Shown here in pieces: positions 1 through 44,588 of a stretch of DNA of 64,000 nt. This DNA comes from Eledone cirrhosa (Eukaryota). The notes under the pieces were generated by a model. That model worked only from the letters and a program-made list of their open reading frames with translations. It made no database searches and had not been told where the DNA came from. The DNA is taken from assembly GCA_964016885.1 (NCBI GenBank), contig OZ024742.1:41106001-41170000 (forward strand), read 5' to 3'. The stretch's first letter is position 1. Every line of letters begins with the position of its first letter. A program made the position numbers and the translations under genes.

Positions 1-375
1 AATTAACGGCTGAGCAGCCTAATTTGCATATTGAGTGAGTTAAATCGGTCAGGCATACCGAAAACGATAATTTGAAACAAAATGAAAACGAAATTTCATT
101 TCTCACTCTTAGTATGGCACTTACTTAAATGTAAGTATGCATGTATACGTACATACATATATGTATACAGACGTACAGTAGCATGCACATATATATATAT
201 ATATACATATATATATACATATGCATACAGGTACACATACATATATGCACGTATCAGTTTAGCGGCGCTTATTATAACGTCGCTTTGTTCGTTTGTAAAC
301 AAACTGAACAGCCTGAATTTATGCCATACGGTGTTAAGGCAACCACGTCACCTTTTTGTTCAACACTGACACAGG

Positions 376-420
376 AACGATGTACTAGTTTCAAGCTTGT
401 TAGCTATCATCAGCACCGTT
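376..420 (-). ncRNA. Type I hammerhead ribozyme (472-bp unit, copy 1)
   Basis: Minus strand: AACGGTG-CTGATGA-TAGCT AACA AGCTT-GAAA-CTAG-TA-CATCGTT. 7-bp stem I, AGCT/AGCT stem II, palindromic stem III, GUA cleavage site (cut between 383 and 382). Confidence 0.88.
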
Positions 421-847
421 TACCCATCTGCCAGATAGTTGAACGTTCGAAAGTATATACTTTCCTTATGAAAATTAACGGCTGAGCAGCCTAATTTGCA
501 TATTGAGTGAGTTAAATCGGTCAGGCATACCGAAAACGATAATTTGAAACAAAATGAAAACGAAATTTCATTTCTCACTCTTAGTATGGCACTTACTTAA
601 ATGTAAGTATGCATGTATACGTACATACATATATGTATACAGACGTACAGTAGCATGCACATATATATATATATATACATATATATATACATATGCATAC
701 AGGTACACATACATATATGCACGTATCAGTTTAGCGGCGCTTATTATAACGTCGCTTTGTTCGTTTGTAAACAAACTGAACAGCCTGAATTTATGCCATA
801 CGGTGTTAAGGCAACCACGTCACCTTTTTGTTCAACACTGACACAGG

Positions 848-892
848 AACGATGTACTAGTTTCAAGCTTGTTAGCTATCATCAGCACCGTT
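848..892 (-). ncRNA. Type I hammerhead ribozyme (472-bp unit, copy 2)
   Basis: Identical to 376-420, shifted by 472 bp. Confidence 0.88.
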
Positions 893-1351
893 TACCCATC
901 TGCCAGATAGTTGAACGTTCGAAAGTATATACTTTCCTTATGAAAATTAACGGCTGAGCAGCCTAATTTGCATATTGAGTGAGTTAAATCGGTCAGGCAT
1001 ACCGAAAACGATAATTTGAAACAAAATGAAAACGAAATTTCATTTCTCACTCTTAGTATGGCACTTACTTAAATGTAAGTATGCATGTATACGTACATAC
1101 ATATATGTATACAGACGTACAGTAGCATGCACATATATATATATATATACATATATATATACATATATATATAGAAAGAAAGAGTATATCTCTCTCTGTA
1201 TATATGTGTGTGTATATATATATATATATATACATATAGAGAAAGAGAGAGTGTATCTGTGGTATAGAGAAATACACAGAGCTATGTGTTCAATCATAGG
1301 GGATCAAAAGCCACCAGAGTGACGAACTTGTTACCTACGGAAGGAATGGTG

Positions 1352-2130
1352 AATATAATAATAATAATGAAATTATTGTGTACAGTGCTCAGGTGCACTA
1401 CAACTCATCAAAGGCGCATGTATAGTACATAGAATAATGTAAAAATGTCAGGGAAGTGAATAGTGTGTATGGAGGGGGAATATTAGGTGTAGTGTTGGCA
1501 AATCTCAGGAAGCATGGAGGTTTTAAAGGATGCAGTGTCTTGACAGCTAACAACTGATGCAGGTAGTTTGTTCCATGCTTCAGTAACTCTGAGCGTGAAA
1601 AAATGTTTCCGAAAGTCATGGAAGCTGTGCTGTTTTCTTACTTTGTTGGCATGCCCACATGTTTGACACATGGAAATCAAAAAAGTACTCAGGGTTGTTG
1701 TTGGCAAGATGGTTAATAATTTTGTGGGTGTTTACCAAGTCAGTTGCCAGATGTTGGAGCTTCAATGTATCCAGGCCCAGGGAAGCAAGGCGTTCAGAGT
1801 ATGGTAGATGCCTGATGGAGGGTATTCGCTTGGTTGCACATCTCTGAACAGTTTCCAGGCGGTCAATGTTCTGAGCAAGATAGGGGTTCCAGACTGGTGA
1901 TGCAAATTCTAAGTGTGGCCGCACCATAGCTATATACAGCTTTAAATAGATAGCTGGAGAGCGGCTGACAAAGGTCTTGCTGAGTGATGCTAAGACACCT
2001 TTGGCCTTCTTGACAATTTTAGAGATGTGCTTCGTCCAACGCAAATCGCTGCTGACAGTAATGCCCAGGTCATGTTCACAAGAAGACTTCTTGATGTTAG
2101 TGTTGTGGAGGGAGTATGTGGATGCTGGGT
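1352..2130 (-). mobile_element. CR1/L2-group LINE, 5'-truncated 3' end with frameshift
   Basis: ORF 1616-2044 (KLYIAMVRPHLEFASPVWNPY...RLETVQRCATK) and ORF 1483-1707 (RKHFFTLRVTEAWNKLP) are typical CR1 ORF2 C-terminal motifs; (ATT)n tail near 1352-1368. Confidence 0.85.
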
Positions 2131-4320
2131 TTTTAAATCAATAAAAAGAATATATTAAATTATACTAACCATTCGATTATAACAATAACACCCAGACATG
2201 CTCAAATAAGAGTATGTTTAGCTATAATAACTGAAGAATCCATATTGTAGATGTAGCTCATTGGTGGGTGCCTAGCAATATGATCAACACTTCTATTAAA
2301 ATATATCAGATTACTAATAAAACACGCATGGTACAGCCTATGGTGATGTGAATAGACCAAAAGGCTGCTAAAAATATCTCAGAACCATTCAACTTTAGAA
2401 GCTCTACTTACATATAGAAATGAATTAAGAGCAAATATTCCAAATGAATGATATATATATATATATATATGATATATATATATATATATATCACTGCTAG
2501 TAAGAAAAAACAGTTGTCAAATGATGAAGCTGATGATATATATAGGCAGTGTTTTTGCTGCTTAGAGCTACAAACTGTACCCCAAAATAATATCTATTTA
2601 CAGTTAAGTGGGCTGGGTCAGTTAGTGGTAAGTATCTTTACTAGAAATGTAGTAAATTGTGACTCAGCAAGCTACAATTTTATATCATATTACAAATACT
2701 TTATTAATATAATTGTTTCCTTGGCATCAGTAAAATCCACACATACTGTCCAAAAATTCTGAAAATTAGCATCATAATTTTCTGAGCTTTTATAACAAAA
2801 GTCTAGTGTTGGCAATCAAATGAAGTCAATATAGTATTTGAAAGTACCCTTCAGTCTGGACAAGAATGAGGCAACCTCTCTAGTGTTGGTGCCATAATAA
2901 AATTAATCCAATATTAGTGGTGTGGCCAAACAAGTATGTGAAATTTTCATTTCTTCTTTCAATGGCTATAAGCTGCCTATCTATTCATTATTTCACTGAA
3001 CTAATGACTTTTAAATAGTCAATAATCCTGAATAATAACAACAGCATGGAAAGACAATTGAAGCCCTTCATCTCCCTCTTCCTAGTCCAAGTCATACCAG
3101 TATGGAAAGCTGGGCAAGCCTCACTTCCATTAAAAGAACCTGGTTCCCCTTGTAAGATAGTAGTGCTGGTGTCTTGCTAAAATGCTTAGTTAGAGATAGA
3201 AAGAACATCCAGCCATGAAAATCATGCTAACACAGAACATATGAGCTAGATGTGGTCACTTGACTAGTCAAGTCTCCGAACGTGACAACCCATGCAAGCA
3301 TGATGATGATGATAACGGTGTGTACCTCCTACCACCCACATCCCCAATTCACCTTCCCTGTCAAACCCATGCCTGAATGGAGAGCCAGAAACATCCCACA
3401 ATATACTGCCAGATGCAACTCAGTCTCTTCACCACCATGACCTGACACTTGCTCTGCCATTCTCTTGACAAGCAGTATGTAGCTCTCCACACTCTCATCA
3501 CACAATGGGCACCCTAATGTCATAATGAAGTAATGCTGGTATCATGATAAAATACAGCCAGTCCACTCTCTGAGGTTGTAGTGCTGGAGCTACAATAAAA
3601 ACACACCCAGTACATAATGTAAAGTGGTTGGCATTATGAATGGCATCCAACCATAGAAACCATGCTCCTAGTACATACTGTAAAATGGTTGTCATTAAGA
3701 AGGGGATCCAGTCATAGAAACCATGCTCCTAGTACCTGTTGTAAAGTTGTTGGTGTTAGGAAGGCCAAAAAACCAAGCCAAAAATGGAACATGTGAGCAG
3801 GATGTTGTTACCCGACTGATCTAGCTTCAAAATGTAACAACCTGTCCAACCCATGGAAGAATGGAAAATAAAAGTTAAATGGTAATGATAATGATAATGA
3901 ATACACCCATAAAGTGGCTGGTGTTAAGAAGGGCATGAAAACCATGTCAAATATGAAACACATGAGCAAGATAGGATTGCTGCAACCTATCTGGTCTTGG
4001 ACAACTGGTCCAATCTATGCCAGCATGGAAAGTGGAAGATGATAATAATGATGGTAATGATGATGATGGTGATAATGATGATGATGATAATGATGCAGAA
4101 GAAATACTAAGGTTCTTGTCATTGTTAGTGGCACACCTTACTCAAGCATCAGGTGGTATTTGTGAGGGTGCTTGGCTATTTCAGAGCCTTAGCCAAGGTG
4201 GACCAATGCCTTGTTAGAGAAATTTGGTAGACAGAAACTGCAAAAGCTTGTGTGCATGTCCATGTGTTTGTGTGTGTGTGTGTGCTTATGTTAGTGCTTG
4301 TCTGTGTTTATGTTCTATAA

Positions 4321-5491
4321 CATGACAAAGACTAAGGTCCTTATAAGTAGACGAGAAAACAGAACCCAGATCCCCTCAGGGAAATGGCCTTGCTCAGTAT
4401 GTAGGAAAGGTGTAGGTAGGAACTCCATTCTCTGCCCCAAATGCAAACAATGGGTACACAAGAGATGTAGCGGGATCTCAGGAAGCTTAATTAAGAATGT
4501 AGGCTTCACATGCAGCAGCTGTGCTGGGACAGCAAGCAAACAGCCACAGGAAACAAGTACCACCAATCTCTGGGAGGGCCCTGTAGAAACAGTAGACAGC
4601 TTCTGCTACCTAGGTGACCGAACTAGCAACGGAGGTGGGTGCTCAGAAAGTACAATAACTAGGGTAAGAACGGGATGGAAGAAGTTTAGGGAACTACTAC
4701 CACTGCTAGCTGCAAAAGGCTTCTCCCTCAGAATGAAAGGCAGACTGTATGATGCGTGTATCCGAACAGCGATGTTGCATGGTAGTGAGACCTGGGCGCT
4801 GAAGGTGGAAGACTTACGTAGATTAGAGAGAAACGAAGCCTGCATGCTCCGATGGATGTGTAACAGTAATATACGTGAACGACAAAGCATAAAGGAATTG
4901 AGAGAGAGACTGAGCATAAGAGGAATCAAATGCTGCGTGCAGGAGAGGCGGTTACGCTGGTATGGACATGTGATGCGTATGAAGGATGACAGCTGCATAA
5001 AAAGGTGCAGAGCACTAGAAGTTGATGGAAACCGCGGAGTGGGGAGACCCAAGATGACTTGGGATGAGGTGATAAAAGCCGACCTTACCCAACTACACCT
5101 CTCAAAGTCAATGACACACGACCGTGACTTCTGGCGTCACGCAGTAATACAGGGTACCCGACCTCCCATGGGTACATGCTGAAGCATATAAACAATATGC
5201 CCCCACTCCCCCCACCGCAAGGTGGTCGTGGAGGTGCCACGGCAAAAAAGCACCCAGCCCACACTGTAAAGTGGACGTGTAGGCGCCACGAAAAAGCACC
5301 CAGCACTCACTGTAAATGAGGTTGGTGTTAGGAAGGGCATCCAGCTGTAGAAATCAAGCCAGATCAGTTCCTGTATGAGCAAGGCATGGTCAGCCGACCA
5401 GACACTGCCCACAACAGGACAACCCGTCTAACCCATGCTAGCGTGGAGGAACGGACGTAAAACGGTGATGATGATGATGATGATGATGATG
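4321..5491 (+). mobile_element. RTE-clade LINE 3' portion with 3' UTR and (GAT)n tail
   Basis: ORF 4298-5182: AMLHGSETW, RRLRWYGHVMR, GRPKMTW, plus a Cys-rich finger (CSVC...CPKC..WVHKRC...CSSC); microsatellite tail. Confidence 0.92.
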
Positions 5492-6029
5492 AACTTAATC
5501 ATCATCATCAGTTTACGTCCATTGTTCCATGGTTACATGGGTTGGACAGGTCCTTCTCAGTACAGCATTAACAAAAAGAGATTCATAAAATAAGCACAAG
5601 GCTTGAAAAAACAATTACTGGAGTTGATATCATCGACTAAATCCCCTTAAAAGGCAGTGCTTCAACATGGTTGCAATCTAATGACTGATACCAGTAAAAG
5701 AATAAAAGAATGACATTTCAATAGTATACTAGAATGAGATTTTAGAAATGTGTACACATAATTGCTGTAGCCTTCACCGAAAAATTTTAGGGGTTCCTCT
5801 CCTTCTTTGATTCTAATGGCACACCTGAGAATTACACTTATCCAACTTCTGGCCATCAGAAATTAGATTTTTTTTTTTTTGCCGAAGCCTGTCGCAAAAC
5901 ACAGCCACGTGAAAGAGAGCCCCTATCTTTGTTCCTTCTGCTGATGTGACATCACTTCACCCTTTTACTTCCAGTACATGACTCACTACCTGGCAAGAAA
6001 AAAAATGACTTGATGAAATGTGTAAGTAC

Positions 6030-38628
<32,599 letters not shown>

Positions 38629-38799
38629 TAAGGTGGTATTGCACTTGTAATGCTAGTTTGTGCAACAGATCAGAGAACCGCTCTGTTGGTAAGATGCCTG
38701 TTTGACGATAACAAAACAAAGAATGGAGAAGAAAATCTATGGGTGTCTTTCAAGAAAAACAGATAAATGCATAAAAATCTTATTATTAGAAATAAATCA

Positions 38800-39090
38800 C
38801 ATCATCATCACTCGTCGACTACTGTCGAGATGATGGATCTCACTCTCATGCCCCAGAATCCCCTGTCCCCCATCGCTGCCCCCAGGTCCTGTCTGCTGAT
38901 TCCTGTATCCCTAGAGATAACGTCAGGGAATGACAGCTTCCTACTCCTAGTCAGGCTGGAGTCAGGGTTCCAGAGCAAGAGAGTGGATATGATTTCATTG
39001 CTGGCACGGTGACAGTGGCCAGCAAATTGAGCTCTCCGGGATTTTAGAAGGGCAGAGGCTTGAGGGAGTTTGCCATAGATTTTAGACAAG
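38800..39090 (-). mobile_element. RTE-group LINE 3' end
   Basis: KSRRAQFAGHCHR...LLLW...AMGDRGFW; short (GAT)n tail. Confidence 0.75.
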
Positions 39091-40934
39091 GTGGGAAATA
39101 AATAGGTGACAGACATAACATGTAAAATGTGAGATATGTTAACACTGGAAAAATATATAGACTTATGTCAAAAGAATGTAGTAGCATGGTGTAGTTTAAC
39201 AATATGTGTCTGCTACTTATTGAGTTTGAGAGATAAAAAAGAGAGGATGGGTTGAAGACAGGGACAAAAAAAGTGAGAGGGTGGAAGAGGGAAGAATGTG
39301 GTCATGAGGTCAATACTTCAAACAAGTTTGGTAGATCACAATTTATATTGAGAAAATGATTCTACATTGAATATGCTTTTCCAGTTGAAGTTTTTCAGAA
39401 TTCAATAAGCACTACTTAGTGCTTTCTGGTTGTCTTCATTCGTCTCAAAAGTATTTAAATTTATTTATTCATATTTCAGACCTGTCAATTCTCCTCATCC
39501 AACGGGGAGATTTCCCACCCACTTTAGGGTGGATGAGAGATGTCTTCTCTTATGAAAATGGGTATAGCTTTCATTATGTAAAATCTCCCCATTTTGCCTC
39601 ATTTCTCCTCATTTGGGAGCATTTTTTTTTCATGGCAAGTCTGATATTTATCTGTCATATTTTATCTTTCAAATCAATTACTGTTGTGGAGTTAACTGCA
39701 TGACCTGGTAAACTATTTAATTCACTAATAACATTAAGAAAAGACTTTTTTTCTGATGTCGTTAGAGCATTGTTTCTTACATTTTCATTTTTCTGGAACA
39801 CTGTACTAACATTTATATTTTCAAGTCTTTTTATCATTAGCATTTACATTACTCTATATTTACTACTATATTTTCACGGTAAAGGCTTTATCTCACATAA
39901 TAATGTCACATAATATCAAATCTATGAGATTTTGATGTTATTTATTTTGAGAACAATACTTTAACATCAGTATGAGTGGCCAGTTACAGCCAGTTTAAGC
40001 AGAAAGAGATGAGAGAATTCTGGCCAGATGTGGCCGGTTTAAATGTTTAAAGGGTTAAATACTTCTATAATGACTCCTCTTTGCCTTCTTTCCTGTAAAG
40101 TTGTAATTTCTAGGTTTTAAAATCTTCATCTTACGATATATCTTAATTTTGGTCATATTTTTATTGTCTTTATCTGGATTCTTTTAATAGCTTCCGTATT
40201 CTTTTGGTGTGAAAGGTCACAAAGAAGCGTGTACCCACTTTCCTGCTTTCTCTAAGTTGTTGGTTCCTGTATAATTAGCCAACATTTGAAGAAATCGCAC
40301 TCATTTATTTACACTCACTCCCACTCGGTGTAAGTAAAAAAAATGAAGAGTAATTGAATGAGGAAAAAAGTGCTAAATATATCAGAAACTGTTCTTCAGT
40401 TCATTTATCTAGTTGACCTAAAAATGGTGCTGACCCTGGGTGGAAGAGTTAGTCCTGAAACCCTATTATCCCCTTCTCCCCACACCAAACTAACTTCACT
40501 ATATGATTCAAAACTTACAAACTTCACTATATATATATTATTCTTGCTGATGCAAACCAATTTCCTTCAACTTCATTACTTCATTTTAGTTTACTTCAAC
40601 ATCATTAACCCTTTTCTTACTATATTTCAAATAAAAGAAATTGTTTATGATTTTGAAAATAATCAATAATTTGGAAGGATTTAATATAAAAGAACTTTCT
40701 TGTTAATAAACTGTTGTTTGGAACATAAATTGTTTCTACTTTTGGCACAAGGCCAGCAATTATTCCAGTGCATTACTGGTGCTTTATATTATCAAACTCG
40801 TAAAGATGAAAGGCAAAGTTAATCTCAGCGGGATTTGAACTCAGACCATAAAAAGCCATAACTCTATGCTGGCAAAACATAGTGTCCGACCCTCTACTGA
40901 CAAATGTTCTTGCATAAAATTATGATGGAAGGTT

Positions 40935-41400
40935 TTTTAGATGGTATTCCTTAACTCATTGGAAAGTGATCTCCGATATGCCCTAGGTAGGTTTTCTGCT
41001 GAGTGCTGCATGGCAGGGATGGAAATCAATGCTGTGAAGACTGAGACCATCCTTTCAAGAAATCCAGCATAGTGCACTCTGCATGTGAGTGGAGTTCCAC
41101 TGAAGCAGGTGGAGAAGTTCAAGTATCTCGGGACTGTTTTAATGAGTGATGGAAAGCAGAAAGATGAATTAAATGCAAGAATTTCTGGGGCTGGTGCAGT
41201 AATGCACCAGCTTCAGCACTCAATGATGAGAAGAAGGGAGATAGGTGTAAACACCAAACTTGCTAACTTTAATTTGGTATTTGTGCTTACCCTTATCTAT
41301 GGTCGTGAATTTTAGGTAATGACCAAAAGAATATGATTGCTAATACAAACAATTGAAATGGGGTTCCTTCAAAGGGTCTTTGGAGTAATGTTACTCGGAG
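40935..41400 (+). mobile_element. Degraded RTE fragment
   Basis: LKQVEKFKYLG...ELNARI...LIYGRE. Confidence 0.7.
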
Positions 41401-41529
41401 ATCAAGGAGCCGGTTGGAGATCCAGCCAGATCATTTCTGATAGGACCATCTGGAAGACATGTTTGAGGACTCTGCCTCCACAACCCTCCCAAGAAGGAGG
41501 AGGAGGACGAGGTTTTAGATAAATATAAA

Positions 41530-41800
41530 CACCTTGTCCCTAGGGCTACCTCCCTACTCACCACCATAGGCACTAAACTGGCCAGCCGCAGGTGTGAGCC
41601 TCGCAAGTTGGAATGGTTCTTCCAGCGCATCTCCCTTACCATCCTCCGGGGAAATGCCTTCTCCATTCTGTCCACTGAGGCTGTGGGAGGCCAGCACGTG
41701 GGACCCCATTTGCTCACCATACGGAGAGATGGGGAGGCCGAGAGAGATGGAGGTGATGACAGTGGGAGTTCGGCTGTTCTTTAATGTTTACTTAGGTTAC
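41530..41800 (+). mobile_element. CRE-like non-LTR retrotransposon 3' fragment
   Basis: Translates ATSLLTTIGTKLASRRCEPRKLEWFFQRISLTILRGNAFSIL, matching the QRxSxxIxRGN tail of CRE-clade elements. Confidence 0.65.
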
Positions 41801-43219
41801 TATTTTCTATTGTGTATTGTTGTTTTATACTCTCTATGAATAATAAATAATAGTTTTGTAACACAGAATCAAGGACTTTTGACAACAAATGGGTATTATA
41901 TTATTTTTTTTTTTCAATGTCTTCTTTTAGGTTTCAAAATTAAAAACACATAACCGGAAATTGTTCAAATACTGCTTAAATATGTCAGTCTCTAGAGTGT
42001 TATTCACTTGTCATTTGTTCTGCATGGTAAATTAGTCAACAACAGTACTTCACCACCATTGCTGCTAGTGGAGTCAATAGATGACAGTTTAAGTGTCTTA
42101 GAGTATTTAACCCACATCTTCTTTGGTTTGGTACTAAGTTCATATTTCACATGGGTCAACTTTGCACTGGCAGAGTCTTTAGGGTGTCAGATTAAAAATC
42201 CCTCAGAATTTGTTCCAGCTCATTGAAGTCTAAGTTCAAATCCCTTGAGGTCAGCTTTGCCTTTCCTTCTTCTGATGTTGATAAAGTGAAAATCCTGAGG
42301 TCGGTTCTCTCTCTCTCGCTTAATTTATTGAAAGAGCCTGAATCAATTAAACCCTTCAACCAAAGCCATGGTCTTTTATCAAACGATGAATCTTCTACAT
42401 GGTCGCTCGACATGCTGGAAATAGCAGCTCATTTCCCAGTCTTATAATGAAAGGCAATGTGAAACCATGTGTCTTGCTCAAGAACACACAAACTTAAGAT
42501 TGTGAGTCCAACATCCTAATCACTAGGCTATACACCTTGATGAAGTGTGGGATGATAAATAATTGTAATTGGGATTAGCAATTTCGTAGGCCAAGATTTT
42601 GACCTGTTTGATCAACATGGTTGTAGTTACCAAAGACAACCTCTTTGGATTCACTTATACCACATTTCTGGCAAGAACATGCATTCATTTCCCCCAGGCT
42701 TTTATTTTACTGCAGTTAAACATCGCAGATTTAAAAACAAAGGAAAGGAAAGGTACCGATCACCAGTTTTTCCATTGCTGATACCATCTGCTGGTCGTAA
42801 CACCAGGCAGGAGCCACGTGAAATAAAGTTTAATATTTTACTGAAGAACACATGACCAAACACGCCACCCGATCCAGGAATCGAACACACGGCCTTATGA
42901 TCACGAGTCCAACACACTAACCACTAAATTACGCGCCTTCATTTAAAATAAAATAAACTAAGGCAAAGATTGTTTTGTCTAAGGAAAAGTAGATCTTACA
43001 AGTAGATCTTAAAAGTACAACTTACAAGTCTCAATAAATTAATTCATTAATGATATTAATTTTATGGGTCTAAATGTTATTGATTCAAAATATACTGTTG
43101 TATATATTTACAAACAGGAAGAGAGAGAAAAGAAAAAAGAGTGGAGAGAACAAAAACTAAATAAAAAATGGTAGGGAAGAAGCAAACTCTACACCCTTGG
43201 CTGGAAGGTATATATATAT

Positions 43220-44108
43220 ATAGTGAAAGATTGAAGAGTAACATGTTCGGCTGTACAACAAGGGGCTTTATTTCAGGTATTAACAATTGTTTCATTGATC
43301 AGGTGAGTCTAGAGGCCGCTAATCACTCGAAGTTGCATCACTCGATTCGACCCAGCAATCCCCAAATTAGAACTGAACCACCTGGATTTTAACGTATGGA
43401 ATACATACCATCATCACACCCGCTATTAGCTATCAACTAACTGGTCACTAGATCATAAATCTCTTAACATCTCTTTCACCCTCTCTCCCTGAGACCACAT
43501 CAACCCCATTAAGACACTCAGCAAATCATTTACCACACACACAAAAAAAACCTTCACCATCCATCCTTCGCCCTTGAGTCTCATACTAGTATCTCCCACT
43601 TAATTTCTAATTTATTGCTTTTTCTTTTATCTGTCATTTGTTACTACCTCAGATTCTCTACAGGTATCTGTGTTTCGAATGTGGCTTTTCATGTTAGCAC
43701 TACATCCACCCCAGCATCCTTATACAACACTTACTCACCACCATCACTATTATCAACTATCGTATTCTGTACTTATATGCTGTCACTTATATTTATTTCT
43801 TTATATTTTTTATAATTTTTTTTTCTTACTTTTTACATCTGTAACTTCTTTACCTATTTATCATTATATTTTATTATTGCTGTTATTGTTTTGATTCTAC
43901 GCTATTTCTCTATATATACCATACCATGTATGAATTCTTTGTGTTCTGAGGATTTGATCAGAGGTAAATAATGTATTTGAGATCGAGTGACGCAACTTCA
44001 AGCGATTAACGGCCTCTAGACTCAACTGATCAATGAAACAATTGTCAATACCTGAAATAAAGCTCCTTGTTGTACAGCCAACCATGGTACTCTTCAATCT
44101 TTCACTAT
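43220..44108. repeat. Inverted repeat pair 43220-43345 / 43981-44108
   Basis: Mirror ORFs share SERLKS..GCTTR.FISGI.NCFIDQ. Confidence 0.8.
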
Positions 44109-44445
44109 TATTACTCCAAGTATAACCTGCATAGGAATTCTTGCGAACTCGCTGTCTAACTATAGAAACATCTTGTTGAGTCAAACAAAGCCGTACGTTA
44201 AAACTATCCACAACCTCTAACTGGATTACCTATAACGATAACTTGTTATCCCATATATATATATATATATACATACACACACTTGTATATATATATATAT
44301 GCACACACATAAACACACAAACACACACACATATATATATATATATATGCGAAAAGTAAATGAATAAACAACACAGGAAAACGATACAGTACAATGAAAT
44401 AATGAAGATATGTATTAGTTCAACGCTGAATATAGTAGGAAAGGA

Positions 44446-44484
44446 ATCTTAACGTTTCAGACGTATATCCTTCATCAGAAAATA
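44446..44484 (-). ncRNA. Minimal Penelope-type hammerhead
   Basis: Minus: TTTT-CTGATGA-AGGAT ATAC GTCT-GAAA-CG-TTA-AGA; weak stem I. Confidence 0.55.
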
Positions 44485-44549
44485 GAATGAGAGATAAAAG
44501 AAGTAGATAGATCAGAAGAAACAGAATTTTTTTAGAGAGAGAGAATGAT

Positions 44550-44588
<39 letters not shown>

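Larger units (their letters stand above)
1..1170 (-). repeat. Tandem array of a 472-bp unit (~2.5 copies, runs off the left edge); one hammerhead ribozyme per complete unit, retrozyme-like
   Basis: Units restart at 1, 473 and 945 (aattaacggctgagcagcc). ORF-track entries 82/554 and 141/613 translate identically, so the copies are near-identical. Ends in (TA)n. Confidence 0.92.

Noticed and set aside
1285-1350. Acceptor-like ttccttccgtag followed by VTSSSLWWLLIPYD* as the chitinase last exon
   Set aside because: No GH18 terminal motif; adjacent to a CR1 tail.
3498-3695. Minus-strand ORF as the chitinase last exon
   Set aside because: Derived from degenerate RTE/SINE tail sequence; no GH18 similarity.
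44026-44050. CTGATCA-AT-GAAA-CAATTG-TC hammerhead-like string
   Set aside because: G8 missing, no stem II and no stem I pairing.
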